From positions 1-50,475 of the forward strand of contig JAEDMO010000002.1 of NCBI GenBank assembly GCA_016302935.1: 50,475 nt of DNA. Reading direction: 5' to 3'. Positions 8,820-17,091 of the stretch are shown here, in pieces (positions within the stretch are counted from its first letter, which is position 1; the number at the start of each line of letters is the position of its first letter). This DNA comes from Bacilli bacterium. Lineage in GTDB: Bacteria; Bacillota_I; Bacilli_A; RF39; UBA660. Below the pieces are notes generated by a model. That model did not search any database. It was not told where the DNA came from and saw nothing but the letters and a program-made list of their open reading frames with translations. Both the position numbers and the translations under genes were made by a program.

Positions 8820-10796
8820 ATGGTTGCTAGTAGTAAAAGTCATAAATTAAGTTTGAAAAATATAAAATGTTATTTAAAAGATGTTTATAACAAAGTTTTA
8901 GTTTTTTTAAAGAAATATAAATATGTATTAATAATGATACTACCTTTTTTATTTACTGATATTGCGGTTAGGTATGTTGGAAAGGATATTAATTTTTTTA
9001 ATCTTTATGAAATAGTTCCTAATTTATTTACTTGCTTATGGATTTATTTATTTATAAGTGTTACTTTAAATTTAAAAAGTTCAATTGGTAAGTATGTATA
9101 TTTAGTTTTGGGAGTTGTTAGTGTTTTTTTATATTTTATTAATACAATATATTTTGGAATGACAAATTCATTTTTTGATTTTACATTGTTAGAATCTGCT
9201 AAAGAGGGAACCCCCTATTTATTGGATACTTTAAAGAATGCTAATATTTGGATATATATTTTTGGTATTTTTATTATTTTGTTATTTTATTTAGGATATA
9301 GATCTATTCCTTCAAAGAAGAAGAATAATTATGATTTATTACCAATTAGTTTAATTATTTTTATTATCATTCATAGTTTTATACCGATGTTACTTGGTAA
9401 ACCTAATAGGGAACTTACTTGGAATACTTGGAGAAATCCTAGAAATGTTTATATTAATTTTAATGATAGTAATAAGAGTATGATGATATCTGGACTTTAT
9501 GAATATTCTTTTAGAAATTTTTATATTACTTATTTAAAACATGAAAAGACAGATAATGAAACAGAGATGAGTTTCTTAGAGGAAGTATTTAGTAGTTCTT
9601 CTTCTTTGAAAGAGGAAAATAGTTATACTGGTAAGATGAGGGGTAAGAATATTATTTTCTTACAGTTAGAGGGTATCGATAAATTTTTAGTGAAAAAAGA
9701 TATTATGCCTAATTTATATAATTTAGTTAGTAATTCAATTAATTTTGATAATCACTATTCTTATTATAATGGTGGTGGTTCTACTTTTAATTCAGAATTT
9801 GCGGTTAATACTGGGTATTTGACTCCGATATCTTATAGCCAAAATGCTTATACTTTTAATAAGAATTTGTTTAATTATTCTTTAGCTAATATTTTTAAAA
9901 GTGAGGGCTATTTGATTAATGCATTTCATATGAATTCTTCTGAATATTATTCTAGAGGGATTAATTATGCTAATTTTGGATATGACAATTATTATGGTCT
10001 TAAGGATATGGGAGGCTATAATAACGATGATTATGTTTTAGATACGGAACTTATTAATAATGAAGAGTTTGTTAAATTAATGTTTCCAAGTAATCAAAAA
10101 TTTGTTGATTATATTATTACCTACTCTGTTCATATGCCTTATAGTTCTTCTAAGGGTGTTTGTTATAAGTTATTAAAAAGGGATTATCCTTTAGAAGAGA
10201 TACCTGAACTTACTGAAGAAGAATGTATTTACATACAAGCTAAGGAAACGGATGACATGATTGGTCTTTTAATAGATAAGTTAAAGGAACTAGATTTATT
10301 TGATGATACGGTTATTGTGGGATATGCTGATCATTATTTGTATACTGTTTCGGATAAAACAATATTGGATAAATATAAGAATACTGAAAATAATTTAATT
10401 AATAATACACCATTTTTTATATATAATAAGGATTTAAAGAAGAAGACAATTAAGAAGGTAACTTCTCAGTTAAATATATTACCTACGGTATTAAATTTAT
10501 TTGATTATTTAGATGATCCTAATTTATATATTGGTAAGGATGCTTTGGCTAAGGATTATACTGGTATTACATTTTTTAGTGATTATTCTTGGTATGATGG
10601 TAATATTTATGTTGAAGATGGTGTAGTTACCAATAAGAAGAATGTAGATTTTGAATATTTGGAAAAGATGAATAGTTATATTGATTATATTATTAAGAAA
10701 AATGATCTTGTTTTGAAATATAATTATTTTAAAACATTATCTAGTAAAAAAGATGATGTTCAAGATGTGGTTGATATAGATAAAATAATTAAATAA
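8820..10796 (+). CDS. ltaS: Second LtaS-family protein (possible LTA primase or second synthase)
   Basis: 658 aa. Multi-TM N-terminus. Contains IIFLQLEGID, GGGSTFNSEF (Thr at the nucleophile position) and GYADH. SD GAGGTGGTGA. Confidence 0.8.
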   Translation: MVASSKSHKLSLKNIKCYLKDVYNKVLVFLKKYKYVLIMILPFLFTDIAVRYVGKDINFFNLYEIVPNLFTCLWIYLFISVTLNLKSSIGKYVYLVLGVVSVFLYFINTIYFGMTNSFFDFTLLESAKEGTPYLLDTLKNANIWIYIFGIFIILLFYLGYRSIPSKKKNNYDLLPISLIIFIIIHSFIPMLLGKPNRELTWNTWRNPRNVYINFNDSNKSMMISGLYEYSFRNFYITYLKHEKTDNETEMSFLEEVFSSSSSLKEENSYTGKMRGKNIIFLQLEGIDKFLVKKDIMPNLYNLVSNSINFDNHYSYYNGGGSTFNSEFAVNTGYLTPISYSQNAYTFNKNLFNYSLANIFKSEGYLINAFHMNSSEYYSRGINYANFGYDNYYGLKDMGGYNNDDYVLDTELINNEEFVKLMFPSNQKFVDYIITYSVHMPYSSSKGVCYKLLKRDYPLEEIPELTEEECIYIQAKETDDMIGLLIDKLKELDLFDDTVIVGYADHYLYTVSDKTILDKYKNTENNLINNTPFFIYNKDLKKKTIKKVTSQLNILPTVLNLFDYLDDPNLYIGKDALAKDYTGITFFSDYSWYDGNIYVEDGVVTNKKNVDFEYLEKMNSYIDYIIKKNDLVLKYNYFKTLSSKKDDVQDVVDIDKIIK

Positions 10797-10798
10797 AG

Positions 10799-10833
10799 AA
10801 AGAAACTAACTTTTATTTGATGTTAGTTTCTTT
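10799..10833. terminator. Bidirectional terminator between convergent ltaS2 and the GT2 gene
   Basis: 12-bp perfect inverted repeat AAAGAAACTAAC / GTTAGTTTCTTT with an 11-nt loop and A/T runs on both sides. The GT2 stop codon lies in the loop. Confidence 0.75.
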
Positions 10834-11748
10834 TATTATATATATTGGTCTTTTTTTGGTTTCTAGGTATGTTTTAGATAGGTATTGGCCAATGATACCT
10901 AAACAGAATAATTGAATACCGCTTACAAAGAAAATTATACATACTAGGCTTGGCCAACCAGCTGTAGGATCACCAAAGATGATTGTTTTGGCGATTATTA
11001 TGATAATCATTATGAAGGAAATAATACAGAAAAGAATTCCAGCAATTGAGCTTATAGCTAAGGGAGCAGTTGAGAAAGCAACAATTCCTTCGATAGCATA
11101 TAGGAATAATTTCCAAAATGACCATTTTGTTTCTCCGGCTACTCTTTCAACATTTTCATATTCTAGCCATTTAGTATTGTATCCAACAAATTGAAATAAG
11201 CCTTTGGAATAACGATTATATTCTCCTAATTCAAGAATGGAATCGACCATTTGTCTTGACATTAAACGATAATCTCTTGCACCATCAACCATTTCAATTT
11301 TGGACATTTTATTGATAATTTTATAAAACATTCTGGCAAATAGGCTTCTAATAGGAGGTTCACCTTTACGGGTGACTCTTCTTGTACCAACACAGTCATA
11401 ATCGTTATTTGGATCTTCTAAAATGTTTAGCATTTGGGGAAGAAGAGATGGTGGGTCTTGTAAATCGGCATCCATAATAGCAACATAATCTCCAGTAGAT
11501 AATTTTAATCCTGCTAGCATAGCGGCTTCTTTTCCAAAATTTCTGGAAAAATGAATGTATTTTACTCGTTTATCTTTTTTAGAATATTGTTTGATTACTT
11601 CAATTGTTTTATCTTTTGAACCATCATTTATAAAGATAAATTCAAAATTGTTTTTCATTTCTTCGGCAATTTTCGTTATTTCATCATAGAAGAATGGTAT
11701 TGCTTGTTCTTCGTTGTAGCAAGGAACAATGATACTAATTTTTTTCAT
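10813..11748 (-). CDS. GT2 polyprenol-phosphate glycosyltransferase (CsbB/GtrB/GtlA-like)
   Basis: 311 aa. ISIIVPCYNEE...INDGSKDKT...DADLQDPP, plus two C-terminal TM helices as in GtrB/CsbB. Confidence 0.85.
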   Translation of the reverse strand: MKKISIIVPCYNEEQAIPFFYDEITKIAEEMKNNFEFIFINDGSKDKTIEVIKQYSKKDKRVKYIHFSRNFGKEAAMLAGLKLSTGDYVAIMDADLQDPPSLLPQMLNILEDPNNDYDCVGTRRVTRKGEPPIRSLFARMFYKIINKMSKIEMVDGARDYRLMSRQMVDSILELGEYNRYSKGLFQFVGYNTKWLEYENVERVAGETKWSFWKLFLYAIEGIVAFSTAPLAISSIAGILFCIISFIMIIIIIAKTIIFGDPTAGWPSLVCIIFFVSGIQLFCLGIIGQYLSKTYLETKKRPIYIIKETNIK

Positions 11749-11783
11749 AATTAAACTCCTTTTGTTCTTAAATTATAACATAA

Positions 11784-14741
11784 CTAATCTTTTTTAGCAA
11801 TTTTGTTTCTTTCTTTATTAGTAAATACTAGTAATTTACTAAATATGTAATTTAAAACTAATACTATTATTTGAACTATTATTTTAGCATAATCATTGTT
11901 TATTTTGATTAATTTTACTAATATAAACATAATAACTAGATCTATTATAAATGTTGCTAATCTGGATGTTACAAATTTGAACGCTTCTTTTAAGGCGTTT
12001 TTTCCCTTTGTTTTACTTTCAAAAACAAATTTTTTATTGGTAAAATATGCGAATGTTACTGATAAAATCCAAGATATGGTGTTAGCAATAATAAAGTATA
12101 TATTATTACTGATATCTAAGAGTCTAGATAAGATAAAATAGGATATTAAACTAACTAATGTAGTTAATACACCGATTATTAGATAATTAAATATTTCTTT
12201 GTATTTGATATAGATATTCCAAATTTTATCACAAAAGATAATATATAAGATGCTGAATAATAAGGTTATTAAAGATATTATAATACCTAGGGTAGAATAT
12301 TTTGGAGTGTAAGTTAGAGTTAGGGTGTGATTTCCACTTGGTAATTCAAAAGATGTTAATGTGTTTAAAATAGGATTTAATTTAATTTTTTCTCCATCTG
12401 CTAAAAGAGTCCATCCTTCATCATAAGGAATGTTTAAAAATATTTTAGATGATTTATCTAAGTTAATTTTACCTTCTAGTTTGGAACTAGTGATTTTTTT
12501 AAAGTCAATTTGATTTTTTGATAGTTCTTGATAATGTTTTTCTAGAATATCGATATTTTCGTAATAAAAGTATGCATCTTTTATCTCTAATTGTTCTTTA
12601 AATTCAAATTTTAGTTCTATAGTAGTTCCAATTTGATGTTTGCCTAAAGAGATAACTCCCCAATTATATTTAGTGAAATAATCTTCATAATAAACATCAT
12701 TTATATACATTTTTGCTTTTTTATATGTAGTTTGAATTTCACTTGGAGGTGAAATATAGAAATATAATTCATCAGGACTAGTTATTTTAATTTTATACTT
12801 TAGTATACCAATAGAGTTTGTTTGATAGGTATCGTTTGTTTTTTTTACATTTTCATAACTTATAGTATAAGGACTATATTCATAAATATCTTCATTTATG
12901 GAAGTAAATGCTTTTACAATGTTGTTTTGATTTAAAAATGGATTATTACTTTCAATATCGATATTATCATTATTTATTTTATAACCAAATGATAGATAGT
13001 ATGGATTTTGATAAATGGCTAGGTCTTCTTCTTGTATTATTTTAGTATAGTTTTTATGCTCATTTTTTGATAGAATGTATTTAATTGACAGTAGCATATC
13101 CGAAGTTATTGTTGAACCATTTTTATTATAGTATGCTCTTGTTAATAATCTTCTGAAGCCTAACTTTTCCATTAATTTTTCTACTTCTTTGTTTGTTACT
13201 GAATCAAAATGGCTGATTCCGTTATAATCAAATATCATTGAATCGTTAATGGAAAGCATATTTTTATTGATATTATCTTCTCTATCAAAAGTTTTTTCCA
13301 TACGATATAAAGAGTTATCTTTTTCTTTTAATGTTTTAATTATATTATCAACTTTTATTACATAATTTTTAAACTCACTATTTGATTGTTTATCTGGCAT
13401 AATATTGGTTAATATTCCAGAGGTAGTATTTATTGTTAAATCTGCTATTGCAATAATTAATAAAACTTTGTATATGTTTTTGTTCTTTTTTAGAAAATGT
13501 ATAATTATTATCATAATAATAAACGATAATAAAATAGTTAGTCCATATGTTGATACGTTGAATTTAAATTTATATAGATAGATGATTATGCTTATTAAAC
13601 AAATTATGATGCTTACTTTTTTTAAATCATCTTTATTGTAATTTAGATTCATATATGAATTACAAGCAATTATTATTTCAAAGAATACGAATATAAAAGC
13701 GTGTCTAAAATCGAAACAATTTGGAGTATTTAATCCGTGGAATAGTAAGTCTAATGGTTTAACTACAAAGGTAGTAGCTAGACAAAATAATAAGATAGCG
13801 TTAATTATTTTGTTCCTTTTGGGAATTTTTTTGTTTAGGAAAAACATTATTAATAAAATAAATATAACCATACCACAAGCAATCATTGGACCACCATGCC
13901 AAGTTTCACCATTTCCAGTAGCGGCGGTGAACATTTTGGCAATTACATTAAAATATGGGATTAGAATATCAAATTTTAAATTGCTTAGGCTGAAAACAGC
14001 TTTACTGGAAGAAAGACCAAAAAATGATGGTAATAAAATAAACATTGATAGAAATCCACCTAATAATGATGAAATACTATATTTTATGAATACTTTAAAT
14101 TTAATTATTTCTTTATTTTCTAATATTAATTTATAAATAAAATATATTAATGATCCTAGGCAGACGATTACTCCAATATAATAATTAAAAATGATAGATA
14201 AGGCTAAGGTAAATATATAAAGGGTTGGTTTTTTATCTTCAAAGATATAGTCTATTCCTAGAATAATTAAAGGGAATAATATTATTGCGTCTAACCACAT
14301 TAAATGATACATATAAAAAATATTATATGACATTAAGGCGTATGATAAGGAGAATAATAAGGTTTTTTTATCTGGATATTTCTTTTGAAGATAATATTCC
14401 ATAGTAACTCCACATAATCCTATTTTTATTAAAATAATAATTGTTAAAACCATTTTGATATTTTCTGGTTTAAAGAATATGGTTATTAGATTGAATGGAC
14501 TCATTAAATAGTAGCCTAGTAGTGGAATAAAGTTTTGTCCTAGAGTAGCTGAGAAGGTATATTTAAAATCATTTGTTCCAAAGAAACAAGTTTTTAAGTA
14601 ATTAATAAAAGATACATATTGGGTGTTGGAATCGATAACTAGGATTGTTTTGTCACCAAATGGCCATACTTTTAATACTAAAAAGATAAATAAAATAATC
14701 GATACAGGTAATATAAAACTTAAAGACAACTTCTTTTTCAT
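11784..14741 (-). CDS. yfhO: YfhO-family GT-C membrane glycosyltransferase with a fused C-terminal GtrA-like domain
   Basis: 985 aa. The N-terminus WPFGDKTILVIDSNTQYVSFINYL...GYYLMSPFNL matches the YfhO signature. The last ~135 aa (nt ~11784-12200), IFNYLIIGVLTTLVSLISYFIL...ANTISWILSVTFAYFTNKKFVFESK...LNYIFSKLLVF, form a 4-TM GtrA-family pattern. Confidence 0.85.
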   Translation of the reverse strand: MKKKLSLSFILPVSIILFIFLVLKVWPFGDKTILVIDSNTQYVSFINYLKTCFFGTNDFKYTFSATLGQNFIPLLGYYLMSPFNLITIFFKPENIKMVLTIIILIKIGLCGVTMEYYLQKKYPDKKTLLFSLSYALMSYNIFYMYHLMWLDAIILFPLIILGIDYIFEDKKPTLYIFTLALSIIFNYYIGVIVCLGSLIYFIYKLILENKEIIKFKVFIKYSISSLLGGFLSMFILLPSFFGLSSSKAVFSLSNLKFDILIPYFNVIAKMFTAATGNGETWHGGPMIACGMVIFILLIMFFLNKKIPKRNKIINAILLFCLATTFVVKPLDLLFHGLNTPNCFDFRHAFIFVFFEIIIACNSYMNLNYNKDDLKKVSIIICLISIIIYLYKFKFNVSTYGLTILLSFIIMIIIIHFLKKNKNIYKVLLIIAIADLTINTTSGILTNIMPDKQSNSEFKNYVIKVDNIIKTLKEKDNSLYRMEKTFDREDNINKNMLSINDSMIFDYNGISHFDSVTNKEVEKLMEKLGFRRLLTRAYYNKNGSTITSDMLLSIKYILSKNEHKNYTKIIQEEDLAIYQNPYYLSFGYKINNDNIDIESNNPFLNQNNIVKAFTSINEDIYEYSPYTISYENVKKTNDTYQTNSIGILKYKIKITSPDELYFYISPPSEIQTTYKKAKMYINDVYYEDYFTKYNWGVISLGKHQIGTTIELKFEFKEQLEIKDAYFYYENIDILEKHYQELSKNQIDFKKITSSKLEGKINLDKSSKIFLNIPYDEGWTLLADGEKIKLNPILNTLTSFELPSGNHTLTLTYTPKYSTLGIIISLITLLFSILYIIFCDKIWNIYIKYKEIFNYLIIGVLTTLVSLISYFILSRLLDISNNIYFIIANTISWILSVTFAYFTNKKFVFESKTKGKNALKEAFKFVTSRLATFIIDLVIMFILVKLIKINNDYAKIIVQIIVLVLNYIFSKLLVFTNKERNKIAKKD

Positions 14742-14881
14742 TTTTACTGCTTCCTTTCTTAATAATTATAACAAATTAATATATAATTGACAAGAATAGT
14801 AAATTAACTGGTACTTTATTTGTTTTATTAATAATATTGCAGATGTATAACTTTTATGTTACTATATATTTGGTGAAGTTT

Positions 14882-16027
14882 ATGCATAAGATCGGTATTA
14901 TTTGTGAATATAATCCTTTTCATAATGGGCATTTATATCAAATTAAAAAAATTAAAGAGACTTATAAGGATAGCTTGATTATTGTTTGTCTATCTTCTTG
15001 TTTTATGCAAAGGGGTGAAGCTTCTATTTTAAATAAGTGGGATAAGACTAGATTAGCTATTGAATCAGGGGTTGATTTAGTTTTGGAGTTGCCATTTGCT
15101 TTTGCTACACAATACCAAGATATATTTGCTAAAGGTGCTTTAACTATATTAAATCATTTAAAAATTGATACTTTGGTTTTTGGTAGTGAATGTAATGATA
15201 TAGAGTTACTTAAAAATTTAGCTTCTATTCAATTAAAGGATGATGGTTACAATCATTTAGTTAAGAGATACTTAGATTTAGGTTTGAACTACCCTACTTC
15301 TTTAAGCAAAGCTTTATTTGATATTAGTGGGGTTAAATTAGATAAACCTAATGATTTATTAGCTTTAGCTTATATTAAGGAGATAATTAAAAATAATTAT
15401 GATATTGAGCCTTTTTCTATTAGGAGGACTAGTGATTATCATAATAGTAATTTGGATAGTGATATTGTAAGTGCTTCTACTATTAGAAAGTTATTAAAAG
15501 ATGGAGTTAATGTGAATAATTATTTACCTTATAATATATATGATTATCTTAGTGAAATCGATGAAGATAAGTATTTTGCTTTGCTTAAATATCAAATTAT
15601 TAATAACATAGATTGTTTAGATAAATTTCAAACGGTTGATGAGGGAATTGAAAATAGAATAATTAAATATATAAATATGGTAAATAGTAAGGAGGAATTA
15701 ATTTTAAAGGTTAAGAGTAAAAGGTATACTTATAATAAGATTAATAGAATGTTTACTCATATTCTTACTAATTTTACTAAGGAGGATGCTAAGGATTTAG
15801 AAATAGAATATTTGAGGGTGTTGGGTTTTAATACTAGGGGGAAAAATTATTTAAATAAAATAAAAAAAGATATAGATATTCCTATTATTAATAAATATAT
15901 TCCAAATATGTATAAATGTTTGGATATAGAATTTAGAGTTAGTTTAATATACAGTCTTATTTTAAAAGATAAGGGTGATGATTTTTTAAAAAGGGAATAT
16001 AGGAATAAACCGGTAATTTATGATTAG
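14882..16027 (+). CDS. tmcAL: tRNA(Met) cytidine acetate ligase (TmcAL/YlbM family)
   Basis: MHKIGIICEYNPFHNGHLYQIKKIKE is the YlbM/TmcAL HxGH nucleotidyltransferase N-terminus. SD GGTGAAG precedes the ATG at 14882; the track start at 14837 has no SD. Confidence 0.85.
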   Translation: MHKIGIICEYNPFHNGHLYQIKKIKETYKDSLIIVCLSSCFMQRGEASILNKWDKTRLAIESGVDLVLELPFAFATQYQDIFAKGALTILNHLKIDTLVFGSECNDIELLKNLASIQLKDDGYNHLVKRYLDLGLNYPTSLSKALFDISGVKLDKPNDLLALAYIKEIIKNNYDIEPFSIRRTSDYHNSNLDSDIVSASTIRKLLKDGVNVNNYLPYNIYDYLSEIDEDKYFALLKYQIINNIDCLDKFQTVDEGIENRIIKYINMVNSKEELILKVKSKRYTYNKINRMFTHILTNFTKEDAKDLEIEYLRVLGFNTRGKNYLNKIKKDIDIPIINKYIPNMYKCLDIEFRVSLIYSLILKDKGDDFLKREYRNKPVIYD

Positions 16028-16061
16028 AGGATTATTATGTGATAATTCTTTTTTTTAAAAT

Positions 16062-16090
16062 AAAAAGCGACTTGTACTAGTCGCTTACCT
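16062..16090. terminator. Hairpin terminator in a convergent intergenic region (the U-tract is best on the minus strand)
   Basis: AGCGACT-TGTACT-AGTCGCT at 16066-16085. It is preceded by A5 (= U5 for a minus-strand transcript) and followed by TACCTATTTTT on the plus strand. Confidence 0.65.
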
Positions 16091-16228
16091 ATTTTTATAG
16101 GCTACTAATTAGGTATTAATAGTATTACTTTTTTATTGTTAATATCGTTAGTTCACTATTAAACTAGATTGATATCACTGGGGTAGCCTGTAAAATGAAT
16201 ACATATATGAGTAATACTATTTATGTAT

Positions 16229-17065
16229 TCATTCATTAGTATTATCATTTTTTAATATATTATGATATCTAGTTGAGTTAATGGCTATTCCTAGGACGAA
16301 TATGTAGCAAAGCATATATATCCATATCATCAGTATGATGATACTAGAAAGGTTGCCATATAAAATATCATATCTAGCGAAATGTTTTAAATAGTAACTA
16401 AAGATATATGTGGCTACAATCCATAAAATGGTTGTTAGTAGTGCTCCATAGGTTGTTGTATAGCTTTTGATTTTATGGCTTGGAGACATACAATATATTA
16501 GTTTTACGTTAAAATAAATAATTAGGAATGTAAATGGCCATTTGATAATATTGAAAATAAATTCAATGTTACTTATTAATTTGGATAGACCATCTACATT
16601 TTTTATTATACCTAGTATTTGGTTACCAAATATAGGTACTATTAAAAGGAATAAGAATAGCATTATAATTACAAATAGTATCATTAATGCTTTGATACGA
16701 TCTTTTAATTCTTGAGTATCATCGAAGTTATAAAGACTATTTGATACTTTTATTAGGGCATATGTTCCATTAGTAGCAACCATAATGGCAATTATTACAA
16801 ATGTTCCAACACTACCATCAAATCCTTTACCAGAGATAATATCTGCTACAATAATGGCAAAATCTTCTGGTAGTACTTTGTTAAGTAGGTCAATAACATT
16901 TTCAATAGAAATGGAAAATAAAGAGGCAAAATAAACAAGTAAGGTTATTAATGGGATTAATGAAAGTACGAGGAAAAATGATAGATTACCTGGTAGAATG
17001 GCCATTTCTCTTCTTTTTAATGCATTGAATATTTCTTTTATATATTTTTTGAGGTTTCCTTTCAT
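16229..17065 (-). CDS. YihY/BrkB-family integral membrane protein
   Basis: 278 aa, 6 TM. N-terminal ..EMAILPGNLSFFLVLSLIPLITLL.. is typical of the YihY family. SD AAGGAG. Confidence 0.8.
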   Translation of the reverse strand: MKGNLKKYIKEIFNALKRREMAILPGNLSFFLVLSLIPLITLLVYFASLFSISIENVIDLLNKVLPEDFAIIVADIISGKGFDGSVGTFVIIAIMVATNGTYALIKVSNSLYNFDDTQELKDRIKALMILFVIIMLFLFLLIVPIFGNQILGIIKNVDGLSKLISNIEFIFNIIKWPFTFLIIYFNVKLIYCMSPSHKIKSYTTTYGALLTTILWIVATYIFSYYLKHFARYDILYGNLSSIIILMIWIYMLCYIFVLGIAINSTRYHNILKNDNTNE

Positions 17066-17091
17066 AATTACTCCTTAACTGAAAGAAAAGA

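Noticed and set aside
14787-14865. TTGACA at 14789 and TTGCAG-17-TACTAT at 14837-14865 as tmcAL promoters
   Set aside because: The TTGACA box has no acceptable -10 at 16-18 nt. The second candidate would start transcription practically on the SD. Both are too uncertain to list as features.
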